Source: an uncultured Candidatus Peribacteria bacterium (GTDB taxonomy: Bacteria > Patescibacteriota > Gracilibacteria > UBA4473). From it: a stretch of DNA of 46,694 nt. Positions within the stretch are counted from its first letter, which is position 1. The number at the start of each line of letters is the position of its first letter. Under the pieces are notes generated by a model. That model was not told the origin of the DNA. It ran no database searches and was given only the letters and a program-made list of their open reading frames with translations. Both the position numbers and the translations under genes were made by a program. Below, piece after piece: positions 15,440 through 25,016 of this stretch. The stretch is from assembly GCA_964459435.1 (NCBI GenBank), contig CAYWLU010000003.1, forward strand, positions 1 through 46,694, written 5' to 3'.

Positions 15440-15745
15440 GTTGTCGTCGCCAGAGGACTACACTATCTCGCAAATAGCTTTGCTATTGGCTCGATTTGTT
15501 TCGTCCTCGCTCCTCTTCGCTCAAATGGAGGTCTTCGTCCTCACTTTACGGAATTCTTCGCTACACTCAGAATTCCTATTCGGACTCAGCTACCCCATTT
15601 TCGCGGTTTCAAAGAATAATTATTTCGTTTTCGCTCCTCTCACTCACACGGACTACTCGGCTTTATAACGAGATTTTCTTGCTACACGTGAAAATCTCTA
15701 TTCAGCCTGCGTTACCCCATGTTCGTGTGAAAATCTTAAAAACTA
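15440..15745. repeat. GC-rich tmRNA-flanking repeat, copy B (junction motif, hairpin, two tandem ~125-nt units)
   Basis: TCGTCGCCAGAGGACTAC at 15444-15461, hairpin AATAGC-TTT-GCTATT at 15473-15487, units at 15499-15623 and 15624-15745 sharing two conserved blocks. Confidence 0.65.
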
Positions 15746-15749
15746 TTTG

Positions 15750-15765
15750 TTATATTATAATATAA
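15750..15765. repeat. AT palindrome copy (TTATATTATAATATAA, 16/16; 18-bp palindrome with flanking G/C)
   Basis: Exact copy between the repeat units and the rel stop codon. Confidence 0.85.
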
Positions 15766-15806
15766 CGTCTTTGGGTGTTATTTGTGAAAGAACGGGTTTT
15801 AATTAT

Positions 15807-17864
15807 CTATGAAATTTTACTTTGTGTCAATTGAGAAGAGGGGTTGAGTTCTTTAACTGAAAAAACATTAGGAATTGTTTTTAAATCGTTTAAGAGTTTA
15901 CTTACTTCAGACAAAGTATTAGATTCTACTATAAATTTCCAATTTACTATTCGGCGATTATTCTTGTCATAAGAATGGTTTAGACTGAATTCACGAAGAA
16001 AATTTAAACCGTGATGAGCAATAATAGTTGTGTAATCACGAGAGAGTCCGATTCTGTCAAAAGCATAAATTTCTATTTTGTTTTCTGTGTAAAAATTAGC
16101 TTCTAGAAATTTAGTTGGATCTAAGTGATTAAGATGTTTGCAATTCTCTCTATGGATAGTGAATACTAAGCCACGAGATTTGTATCCGATAATACTTTGA
16201 CCATATTGTGGTTTACAACAATTAGCCAGACGGTAAGGAATATTCCTTTCTCCGCCAATAATGATTTTGATGTTTTGGTCTTTTTTATCTTGATTTAGAG
16301 GAATATGACTTCTTTTTTTTCTTGCTTCAGATAGTAATGATGATTTAATAATTTCTGTTGGAGCTTCTGTGTGTTTTACGCGTCCCTTATTAATTTCTAG
16401 TTTAATATTGCTTCGAGCAGAAGATGATTTAGCAAAATTAAGCCAAGCAGGATTTGGTGTGCGTCCTTTTTTAGTTAAGATGTCCACAATTTCTCCATTT
16501 TGTAGTTGGTAATCCAATGGCTTAATAGCACCATTAACTTTAGCACCAATACAGTTATTACCAATATTAGAATGAATAGCGTAGGCAAAATCTATCGGAG
16601 TACTTCCTAGCGGAAGATTTTCTATGTCTCCTTGAGGAGTAAAAACATAAACGCTATCAGCAAAAACAGAATTGGAAATTTCTTCGAAGAATTTTTCTGG
16701 AGAAGCATTTTCTTGGACTATAAGTTCTTTTGGGAACCAGTTCGTCCGTTGTAGATAATTTTGATCAAAGTGAGAGTGTCCCATCTTTTTATAAGCCCAG
16801 TGACTTGCCGGACCGAATTTAGCGTCGATATTCATTTCGGCGGTTCTTATTTGAATTTCAGTAGGAATTTCATTTCCGCCTACTCCTAGTAAAGTAGTAT
16901 GAAGACTGCGATAACCGTTAGACTTAGAGACAGCAATGTAGTCTTTAAACCGATTGGGAATTGGTTTCCAAGTAGAATGTAGTAAGCCCAGGGCTTGATA
17001 ACAATCTTCTTTGTTTGAAACAATTACTCGGAAACCAAGAAGATCATATATTTCAGAAACAGAAGTTAAGTTTTTCAGTTTCATTTTATTGTAAACGGAT
17101 GCAATGTTTTTTTGTCGACCTTGAATTTCTATTATCTTTAATTTTGATTTTGTAAATATTTTAAGAATTTCTTGTTTAGATTTGTCTATAGATTCCAATT
17201 TTTCTTTTTTTAAATCGGAAATTTCTTGGTTTAATTGCTTGCAAATTTGAGGTTTTAATTGGCATAGACAAAGATCTTCTATTTCGTTTTTAAATCTAAA
17301 TAAACCGAATTTAGCTGCCACGGGCGCATAAATATTTTGTGATTCGTGAGCAATAAAATCGGCTTTTCCTTTGGGAAGATGTTTTAAGGTTTGTAAGTTG
17401 TGGATTCGATCGGCCAACTTTACAAAAATTACTCGTATATCTTGAGAAACAGCCACAAATAATTTTTGGATATTTTCAAATTGTTGTGAACTATCGTGTT
17501 TTTTTAGTAAATTAACTTTGGAAATTTTTTGGACTCCTTCGCATAAGAATCTAACTTTAGCACCAAATTTTTCTTCTATTTCTTGAGCAGTAATTTCCGT
17601 TTCCTCGAGAACATCGTGCAATAAACAGGCTTGGACGGTTTCTAAATCTGGTAAGATAGATAGAAGAATTTTAGTTGCTGCTACTCCATGACTAAAGAAA
17701 GGTTCCCCAGAGGCTCTTTTTTGTCCGTGATGAGAATCTTTTCCGAATTTATAAACTTCACGCAAAGAATTTTCCTCCTTTTCTCCAAAGTTAGGATGAT
17801 ACTTTTGGATAGATATAACAATATCTTCCAGAGCTTTACTGAAATTGTAATTTTGAGAGTTCAT
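15807..17864 (-). CDS. rel: bifunctional (p)ppGpp synthetase/hydrolase, RelA/SpoT family
   Basis: HD domain LLHDVLEETE, synthetase block GYRSLHTTL, and TGS- and ACT-like C-terminal regions; 685 aa. Confidence 0.9.
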   Translation of the reverse strand: MNSQNYNFSKALEDIVISIQKYHPNFGEKEENSLREVYKFGKDSHHGQKRASGEPFFSHGVAATKILLSILPDLETVQACLLHDVLEETEITAQEIEEKFGAKVRFLCEGVQKISKVNLLKKHDSSQQFENIQKLFVAVSQDIRVIFVKLADRIHNLQTLKHLPKGKADFIAHESQNIYAPVAAKFGLFRFKNEIEDLCLCQLKPQICKQLNQEISDLKKEKLESIDKSKQEILKIFTKSKLKIIEIQGRQKNIASVYNKMKLKNLTSVSEIYDLLGFRVIVSNKEDCYQALGLLHSTWKPIPNRFKDYIAVSKSNGYRSLHTTLLGVGGNEIPTEIQIRTAEMNIDAKFGPASHWAYKKMGHSHFDQNYLQRTNWFPKELIVQENASPEKFFEEISNSVFADSVYVFTPQGDIENLPLGSTPIDFAYAIHSNIGNNCIGAKVNGAIKPLDYQLQNGEIVDILTKKGRTPNPAWLNFAKSSSARSNIKLEINKGRVKHTEAPTEIIKSSLLSEARKKRSHIPLNQDKKDQNIKIIIGGERNIPYRLANCCKPQYGQSIIGYKSRGLVFTIHRENCKHLNHLDPTKFLEANFYTENKIEIYAFDRIGLSRDYTTIIAHHGLNFLREFSLNHSYDKNNRRIVNWKFIVESNTLSEVSKLLNDLKTIPNVFSVKELNPSSQLTQSKIS

Positions 17865-17967
17865 TACTAGTTAATAATGTTTTTTTTTTGGTATTTGTCT
17901 AGTTTTTTATAACTTTCTTGCATTTAATTTTAATTTATGATAAAATAACAAGATTTATTTATTATAA

Positions 17968-18729
17968 ATGAAACATAAAACAAAAGTCAGATTCTGTATT
18001 TTAGCCTCTTTAGTGCTAATTATAAACGGAATTTGTGTGGATAATTCCATAGAAAAACTAACTGCTTCTATTTTGAAAGTAGATATAGTTTCTGCGCAAA
18101 CTTCAAAAGAACTAGACATAGAAGGGAAACCAGAATTAGTGGAGGGAGCAAGAACTTATGTTAATCGTAATGGATATACAGTTTTCCATGGTTATGAGTA
18201 TAAGGATCTTTCTCCAGAAGAAAGTTTGAGAGCGGCAAAAGAAATTCGGGCAAAAAGAAATTTAAGAAGTTCTTCGGGGATACCACGTCAAAGGACTACT
18301 AATTTTCGTTATCTTTCTGCTGAAGATAGAGCTAAGCAGTCTACTTTTTATAGTTCTGCTTTTACTGATGAAAAAAAAGGAGTAGCTTTGGGTGCAAACA
18401 GGGAAATAAAAAAGACTCTTGCTGTCCGGAAAGAAGTTGGTCGAAAACAAAAAGCTAGGGTTGAAAAAACAGCGAGAGGAAGGATTTCTTTGCGACAGAC
18501 AGATTATTTTGGGACGGCGTTAAGACATAAGATTAGTAAACAAAAAGTAGAAGAACATCAGGAGTGGGCTAGTGAGGTATGGAAACAAAATAGAACAAAA
18601 GATACTTCAAATCCTAAGCTTAGAAAAGGGATATCTCGAATCAAGATAAAAAATATTAGAGAGAGTCGAGAAGTGCCACTTTTTTATGTGAGACCAGAGG
18701 ATGTTGAAAAGGTTGGGGAAGATGAGTAA
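17968..18729 (+). CDS. secreted, highly basic hypothetical protein
   Basis: N-terminal signal/anchor (FCILASLVLIINGIC), Lys/Arg-rich remainder; no motif recognised. Confidence 0.5.
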   Translation: MKHKTKVRFCILASLVLIINGICVDNSIEKLTASILKVDIVSAQTSKELDIEGKPELVEGARTYVNRNGYTVFHGYEYKDLSPEESLRAAKEIRAKRNLRSSSGIPRQRTTNFRYLSAEDRAKQSTFYSSAFTDEKKGVALGANREIKKTLAVRKEVGRKQKARVEKTARGRISLRQTDYFGTALRHKISKQKVEEHQEWASEVWKQNRTKDTSNPKLRKGISRIKIKNIRESREVPLFYVRPEDVEKVGEDE

Positions 18730-18772
18730 TGAATAATGAGTAATGAGGAGGGGGGTAATGTAGAAGGTAGAA

Positions 18773-18812
18773 CCCCAGTGAAATAGCCCCGACAAGTCGG
18801 GATTTCACGGGG
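18773..18812 (+). other. long GC-rich hairpin (possible terminator)
   Basis: CCCC-A-GTGAAA..CCCGAC-AA-GTCGGG..TTTCAC-GGGG; no clear T run follows. Confidence 0.5.
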
Positions 18813-18892
18813 CAGGTGTAGAATGAAGAATAAAATAGGAAGGTTTCTATTTTTAACTCTTTGACTCTAGAATTTTTCAATGATTTCTCTTA

Positions 18893-18908
18893 TTATATTA
18901 TAATATAA
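18893..18908. repeat. AT palindrome copy (16/16)
   Basis: Exact TTATATTATAATATAA, 88 nt upstream of the PBP start. Confidence 0.85.
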
Positions 18909-18995
18909 CAAGAACAGCTAATAACTAAAGACTAAAGACTAAAGACTAATTCATAATTGCAATCCACTTTTAGTTGATTAGAATCTTAGAGTTAC

Positions 18996-21182
18996 ATGCA
19001 TTCTGCTTTTTTTGTTCGAGTTCGGATTTTAAAGATAATTTTCCTTGGGGTATTTGTCCTTTTTGTTTTACGTCTTTTTGATCTTCAATTTCTAAAATAT
19101 GATGAATTTTATGCGGAAGCTAAGGCTCAACACGAAAAAAGATCTATTTTGCCAGCTCAACGGGGGAATATTTTAGTTCGCAAAAATCGTTTATCAGAAG
19201 AAGTTACACCGTTGGCGACAAATAATACGTTGAAGATGCTTTTTGTTGATCCTGTGATTTTGGCTTATCCGAGTTATAATCCGAACTTAGATTCAACTGT
19301 TCAAGAAAAAGGGAATCCTTCTTTGGCGGCGGAACTTTTAGCTCCGCTTCTAATTCATGCTCATTGTGAAAAAATAGAAGGTTGTGAAATAGAAATAGAT
19401 TCTCAAAAGTGGACAGAAGAGGAGCATACTGCCATAGATAATTATCGGATAGAACTGGAGAAGATATTTGTGGAATTAGAAAAAAGAAGAGTTGTGCTAG
19501 CAACAGATGTTGCAGAATCACGAATTCAAACAATTAAAGAACTTCGTTTGTCTAGTGTTTGGTTAGAAGGATCATCGGTAGTTGTTGATCCTACTAGGAT
19601 TAGTTCGATAGACAATATAGTCGAACAAATTTCTCCTTTACTTAATATTGATGAAAGGAAATTAAAGAAATTATTAGCCCGTCGTCCTAAACGGTATGTA
19701 GAAATTTCTAATAAGATTGTTCCAGAAGTAGCGGATCAGATTTTGGAGTTAAAAAATAATCCCCGTTACCGTAGTATTTTACGGGGGATACAGTTGAGAG
19801 ATGAACACTGGCGTTATTATCCGGAACGGGAACTTGCTGCTCAAATTCTAGGATTTGTGGATTCTAGTAATAAAGGACAATATGGAATTGAGGGGCGATT
19901 TGATCAAGAATTGGCTGGTCAAGAAGGAGTTATCTTTGGAGCGACAAATACCAGAGGGCAAAGAATCCTTGGAAAGGGATCAGAGATATTACGCGCTCGG
20001 GACGGAGCAGATATTCTTATTTCTATTGATCGAGTGATTCAGGGAGAGGTGGAAAAGATTTTAGAGGAGGATCTTAAACGATTTGACGCAGATTTCGGTC
20101 AGGTAATTGTTGTTGAACCTAAAACTGGTCGGATTTTAGCTATGGCTAATGCACCTTCTTTTGATTCTAATGAATTTGGAAAAGCCTTCTTGCGTTATGA
20201 AGTTACTCCAGAACAAGAATTGGAAGACAGAGAAGATGAAAATTTTAACCAAAGAATTCCTACTGTTGTAGATCGAGGACGGTATTATAGGTATTTTAAT
20301 AAATGGGGACCAGAAGTATTTAGAAACAAAGTTATTTCTGATGTTTATGAGCCAGGGTCGGTGGTTAAAGCTTTAACTATGGTAGCGGCTTTTAACGCTG
20401 ATGAAGTTAGTCCCCAAACAACTTTTAATGATAATGGTCCTATTGAAGTAGATGAATTTGAAATTCGTAATGCTGATGAAAAATATGAGGGAATTACTAC
20501 TATGGTTGAGGTAATAAACAGATCTCTTAATACTGGTATTGCTTTTATAACAAGAAAAATGGGGGCAAAATTGCTTTATGAATATTTAATTAATTTTGGG
20601 TTTGGTCAGTATACGGATATAGAATTAGACGGAGAGGCAGATGGAAAATTAGAATTTTGGAAAGATTGGGAAGAATCAGAATTGGTAACTAGGGGGTTCG
20701 GACAGGGGATGACTAGTTCGGCACTTCAAATGGTCATGGCTTTTTCTTCACTTGCTAATGGAGGATATCTAATGAAACCAATCCTGGTGGAGGAAATTCG
20801 TTATCCAGATGGTAAGGTTAAGGAATTTTATCCAGAAAAGATTAGAAGGGTTATTTCTGATGAATCTTATAATAAAATAAAAGCCATGCTTCTTAATTCT
20901 GTTTCTAATGGAATTGCGAGAGGTGCGAAAGTATGGGGTTATTCTGTAATGGGAAAAACAGGAACTTCTCAGACTTATAAAAATGGGAAGGTCTTAGAGG
21001 GATTGGGAACTACAATTACTAGTTTTGCAGGATTTGGTCCTTTTGATGATCCCGCTTTTGTGGTTTTAGTGAAGTTTGATAGACCAAGAACTTCGCAGTG
21101 GGGATCCGAAACTGCTGCAGGAACCTTTAAAAGGGTGGCAGAATTTTTGTTCCAACATCTAGGAATTCCTCCGGATAAGTAA
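18996..21182 (+). CDS. class B penicillin-binding protein (PBP2/FtsI-type transpeptidase)
   Basis: N-terminal TM anchor; SxxK (GSVVKAL), SxN (RSLNTG), KTG (GKTGTSQ). Confidence 0.85.
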   Translation: MHSAFFVRVRILKIIFLGVFVLFVLRLFDLQFLKYDEFYAEAKAQHEKRSILPAQRGNILVRKNRLSEEVTPLATNNTLKMLFVDPVILAYPSYNPNLDSTVQEKGNPSLAAELLAPLLIHAHCEKIEGCEIEIDSQKWTEEEHTAIDNYRIELEKIFVELEKRRVVLATDVAESRIQTIKELRLSSVWLEGSSVVVDPTRISSIDNIVEQISPLLNIDERKLKKLLARRPKRYVEISNKIVPEVADQILELKNNPRYRSILRGIQLRDEHWRYYPERELAAQILGFVDSSNKGQYGIEGRFDQELAGQEGVIFGATNTRGQRILGKGSEILRARDGADILISIDRVIQGEVEKILEEDLKRFDADFGQVIVVEPKTGRILAMANAPSFDSNEFGKAFLRYEVTPEQELEDREDENFNQRIPTVVDRGRYYRYFNKWGPEVFRNKVISDVYEPGSVVKALTMVAAFNADEVSPQTTFNDNGPIEVDEFEIRNADEKYEGITTMVEVINRSLNTGIAFITRKMGAKLLYEYLINFGFGQYTDIELDGEADGKLEFWKDWEESELVTRGFGQGMTSSALQMVMAFSSLANGGYLMKPILVEEIRYPDGKVKEFYPEKIRRVISDESYNKIKAMLLNSVSNGIARGAKVWGYSVMGKTGTSQTYKNGKVLEGLGTTITSFAGFGPFDDPAFVVLVKFDRPRTSQWGSETAAGTFKRVAEFLFQHLGIPPDK

Positions 21183-21372
21183 GCAATGATTAATGAGTAA
21201 TGAAGAATGAAGGTTTCTTCTATTAGGATAAGTGCTAACGTTTGGATACAAGATAAATTTGGATCTGATTCTGGACAAGCCAGAATGACTGATCTTGTGT
21301 AGGATAAAAAAATGGGGTCTTTTTAGTTTATATTTATTGATCATTAATAATTAATCATTAATAATTACAAAG

Positions 21373-23289
21373 ATGAATTTTTCTATTCCCGCTAGTGATG
21401 AAAGCTTAGGCAAGGAGCGATTAGACTTTTTAGAGTCCTTTAAGAAGTCTTGCAGGAGGACAATGTTGGAGATGTTAAGAACTTCTCAATCAGGGCATCC
21501 AGGAGGATCTTTGTCTTGTTTAGATTTTTTAGCAGTACTTTATGCTTTCAGATTATCTCAAACTAACGAAAAGATTGTTGTTTCCAATGGTCATATTTCT
21601 CCTGGGGTTTATTCAGTGCTTGCAGAAGTGGGGGCGGCAGATAAAGAAGAATTAATAAAGACTTACCGACAGCTTGATTCTAAATTCGAAGGTCATGTTA
21701 CTCGGCATGTTCCAGGAGTATGGTATGGGACTGGACCATTGGGAGTAGGAGTATCTGTAGCAGCTAGTTTTGCTTGGGTAGGTAAAAAAAAGAAAGAAAC
21801 AGAGAAAGTTTTTTGTCTTATGGGAGATGGAGAAATGCAGGAAGGTCAAGTTCATGAGATGGCTTTATGGGCTGCTAAAGAGAAACTAAATAATTTAGTT
21901 TTGTTTGTGGATTACAATCGGGTACAACTGACAGATTCTTTAGAAAAAACTTTGCCAATAGATGTGGTTGGATTTTTTAAGTCTAAAGGTTGGAAGGTAG
22001 TGGAAATAGATGGACATAATCATGAGCAAATCTGGAAAGCAATTCATTCTTCTTGTAATCAAGGAAGACCGTTAGCCATTATTGGGAAAACTATTATGGG
22101 AAAGGGGATTCCTTGTATGGAAAAAGATGGGAAGAATTTAAATCCGGCTTGGCACGGAAAAACTCCCAAACCAGACCAAATAGACGAAATGTTAGAAAGT
22201 AAAGAATTTACAGTTACAGATGAAGAATCAAAAGAATTAGAAGAATTTAGGAAAGACCGGAAATTCTCTCCAGAGAAAGCTTCTTTTGTGGAAAATCTAA
22301 AACCAATGAATTTAGATACTGGTGATCCAATCCTCTACGGTTTAGATGAAGTAACGGATTGTCGTTCTGCTTATGGAAAATCTTTATTAGATTTAGCGAA
22401 GCGTAACAAGAATATTATTGCTTCTACGGCAGATTTAGGAGGATCTGTTATGACTAAATTCGTAGCGGCAGAATTACCTGACCAGTTTATTGAATTTGGG
22501 ATTGCAGAACAGAATATGATTTCTGTTTCCGGAGGACTTTCTTTGACAGAAATTGTTCCTTTCTGTTCTACTTTTGGAGTTTTTATGACTTCTAGGGGGC
22601 GAGATCAAGCGAGGGTTAATGATATTAACCGTACTAATGTAAAAATGGTATCTACTCATTGTGGACTTTCTGTAGGAGAAGATGGACCAACTCATCAGGC
22701 GATAGATGATATGGCTTCCATAGCAGCTTTGATAAATACTAATGTTATAGAACCAGCCGATCCTAATCATTGTGATCGGATTATCCGTTATGTGGCTAAT
22801 CATTATGGCAATTTCTATGTTCGGATGGGACGAGCTAAATTATCTACTTTAACTCACGAAGATGGATCAGTATTTTTTGATGAAGCTTACAGTTACAAAT
22901 ACGGGCAAACAGATACTTTGAGAGAGGGGAGTGAGATAACTATTGTAGCTAGTGGGGCTTGTGTACACGAAGCATTGAAAGCCAGAGAGAAAGCGAAAGA
23001 TCCAAGTAAAATAGAAATCATAATAGCAAGTTCGAACAAAAATTTTGATCACAAACTAGAAGATTCTTTACGCAAAACAAAACAGGTTATAACGGTAGAA
23101 GATCATGGTGTCTATGGAGGACTTGGAATGTCTTTAGCCTCGTTTTGTATAGAGAAAGGAATTGAACTAAAGAAATTCAAGTCTCTGGGAGTAAGAGAAT
23201 ACCAGTTATCTGGAAAACCAGAGGAGCTATATCATAATGTGGGAATTGATTGTGAGGGGATTTTGAAAGAAATAGAGGATGTAAAGTGA
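21373..23289 (+). CDS. tkt: transketolase (full-length, unsplit)
   Basis: SGHPGGSLS and ThDP motif LMGDGEMQEGQVHE; 638 aa. Confidence 0.85.
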   Translation: MNFSIPASDESLGKERLDFLESFKKSCRRTMLEMLRTSQSGHPGGSLSCLDFLAVLYAFRLSQTNEKIVVSNGHISPGVYSVLAEVGAADKEELIKTYRQLDSKFEGHVTRHVPGVWYGTGPLGVGVSVAASFAWVGKKKKETEKVFCLMGDGEMQEGQVHEMALWAAKEKLNNLVLFVDYNRVQLTDSLEKTLPIDVVGFFKSKGWKVVEIDGHNHEQIWKAIHSSCNQGRPLAIIGKTIMGKGIPCMEKDGKNLNPAWHGKTPKPDQIDEMLESKEFTVTDEESKELEEFRKDRKFSPEKASFVENLKPMNLDTGDPILYGLDEVTDCRSAYGKSLLDLAKRNKNIIASTADLGGSVMTKFVAAELPDQFIEFGIAEQNMISVSGGLSLTEIVPFCSTFGVFMTSRGRDQARVNDINRTNVKMVSTHCGLSVGEDGPTHQAIDDMASIAALINTNVIEPADPNHCDRIIRYVANHYGNFYVRMGRAKLSTLTHEDGSVFFDEAYSYKYGQTDTLREGSEITIVASGACVHEALKAREKAKDPSKIEIIIASSNKNFDHKLEDSLRKTKQVITVEDHGVYGGLGMSLASFCIEKGIELKKFKSLGVREYQLSGKPEELYHNVGIDCEGILKEIEDVK

Positions 23290-23296
23290 TGAGGCA

Positions 23297-23312
23297 TTAT
23301 ATTATAATATAA
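23297..23312. repeat. AT palindrome copy (16/16)
   Basis: Exact copy filling most of the 26-nt gap between convergent tkt and yggU stops. Confidence 0.85.
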
Positions 23313-23315
23313 CGC

Positions 23316-23597
23316 TTATTTCCACAATTTTATCAGTTTCAAACTATGTGTTTTACCTGATATTATCTCTGTTTGACAGTTGAATTCTTTATTTAAGAAT
23401 TTAACTATTTCCTTATTGGCTAATCCCTTGATGGGAGGAGCTTTGATATTTATCTTGGCTGTTAATTCTTCTTCTAATTCTAAAAGCTCTGTAAAGGCGT
23501 TTTCTTTACTTCCTGGTCTTATCTTAACCCGAAGATAAGAAATACCTTTAGAATTTAATTCAGTTTTGATTTTTTCTACGAAGTTAAGGATATCCAT
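23316..23597 (-). CDS. DUF167 / YggU family protein
   Basis: 93 aa; PPIKGLANKEIVKFL..ISGKTHSLKLIKL pattern typical of UPF0235. Confidence 0.65.
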   Translation of the reverse strand: MDILNFVEKIKTELNSKGISYLRVKIRPGSKENAFTELLELEEELTAKINIKAPPIKGLANKEIVKFLNKEFNCQTEIISGKTHSLKLIKLWK

Positions 23598-23598
23598 A

Positions 23599-24216
23599 TT
23601 AATCCAGCATTTTTCCTACTAAAGTAAGAAGCAGGTCTTCGGGTAGAAGTTCAGATATTTTTACACTTCGATCAAAAACGAAGAAAGGTGTTTCTTCGAT
23701 ATTATATTTTCTTTTTCCCATAGATTTATCTTGAGAAACTCTATTTCTAGCTAATTTATCAGATTCTAGACACATTCGGAATTCGTTCATATTTAATGCT
23801 GAAAGAAGTGCTACTTCTCGAATAGTATCTTCGTCATAAAAACCAAATTGCTCTTCGAAATAGCTGTTGAAAAATTCTTGAAATTTGCCTTGATTACGAG
23901 CACATTCTGCGGCTTCGTGAACAGGACGGTATTTTGATTCTAAAGGGAAATGCCTTCGATCTACGAGAATTTTATTGCCAAATTTTTCTTCTAATTTTTT
24001 AGTAATAGCAAAAGCATCTAGGCAGTCTGGATTACCAAAATCAAAGAACAGCGTTATTTTAAGAGGACCAACTCGTTCGGTGTCAAAAACATCTTTTACT
24101 TTATTGCTTTCAAAGGATCGACGATCAGAAATATTGGTATAGTTACTATTTCTAAGAAGTAATGTTGCAGCACCAAAAACAAGAACTACACCGAGAATGA
24201 TTAGTAATTTCCTCAT
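23599..24216 (-). CDS. DsbA/thioredoxin-like fold protein with degenerate active site
   Basis: TM anchor plus a thioredoxin-like layout, but NPDCLDA (a single Cys) sits where CxxC is expected. Confidence 0.4.
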   Translation of the reverse strand: MRKLLIILGVVLVFGAATLLLRNSNYTNISDRRSFESNKVKDVFDTERVGPLKITLFFDFGNPDCLDAFAITKKLEEKFGNKILVDRRHFPLESKYRPVHEAAECARNQGKFQEFFNSYFEEQFGFYDEDTIREVALLSALNMNEFRMCLESDKLARNRVSQDKSMGKRKYNIEETPFFVFDRSVKISELLPEDLLLTLVGKMLD

Positions 24217-24236
24217 AAATAAGATTAATTAAAAAG

Positions 24237-25016
24237 TTAATTGTTTCTATTCTGCCAAAAATTTTGTGACCAAGCTAGTAAAAATGAAATTATAATCATA
24301 ATTACACAGAGAAATTGTCCGGTAGTAAGTAAACTAATCATACCATGTGGTTCTCTGAAAAATTCGAGAGAGAAACGGAAACTTCCGTAAAGAAGCAGAA
24401 ACATGAAAGTTAGGAACCCAGTTTTATTTTTGTATTTATGGAGGAATAAAAAAGTTAAAATTAAAGCGATGACTAGGTTTTTTCCGGCTTCATATAATTG
24501 GCTGGGATGACGGAAGAGATTGTCTATATGGGGGAAAATTATGCCCCATTCTTGGTTAGTTATTCGACCAACAAGTTCTCCGTTTATAAAATTACTAATT
24601 CTGCCCAAACAAAGCGCTAAGGCTAGTGGAATTACAAAGACATCAAAGAGGTTAATGAATGATATTTTATTTCTTTTAGACCAAAACCAAGCGAAAATGA
24701 CTGCTCCTATTATACCTCCGTGGATAGACATTCCTCCCTGCCAAATTTGTAAAATTCGCCAAGGATCACTTAGAAAAATATTAGGATTATAAAATAAAAA
24801 ATGTCCGATTCTACCGCCAATAACTCCAGAAATGAAAATCCAAAAACAAAGATTCTCCCAGTCTTTTTTGTTTATAGATTTGGTTTTTAAAATTTTATTT
24901 TGAATTTCCCAACCCAGGAAAAGAGCAATAAAAAATCCTAAAATATAAGCTATTCCGTACCAACGGACATCTAAACCCATTAAAGAGAGGGCAACTGGAT
25001 TCATATTCCAAATCAT
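24237..25016 (-). CDS. lgt: prolipoprotein diacylglyceryl transferase
   Basis: GGRIGHFLFYNP and GGMSIHGGIIG blocks; multi-TM. Confidence 0.85.
   Translation of the reverse strand: MIWNMNPVALSLMGLDVRWYGIAYILGFFIALFLGWEIQNKILKTKSINKKDWENLCFWIFISGVIGGRIGHFLFYNPNIFLSDPWRILQIWQGGMSIHGGIIGAVIFAWFWSKRNKISFINLFDVFVIPLALALCLGRISNFINGELVGRITNQEWGIIFPHIDNLFRHPSQLYEAGKNLVIALILTFLFLHKYKNKTGFLTFMFLLLYGSFRFSLEFFREPHGMISLLTTGQFLCVIMIIISFLLAWSQNFWQNRNN

Noticed and set aside
23297-23312. The AT palindrome as a dif/Xer site or as a rho-independent terminator
   Set aside because: dif is single-copy per replicon, whereas this motif occurs 9 times in 47 kb. As RNA it would be an all-A/U 6-8-bp hairpin with no stable stem, too weak for an intrinsic terminator.
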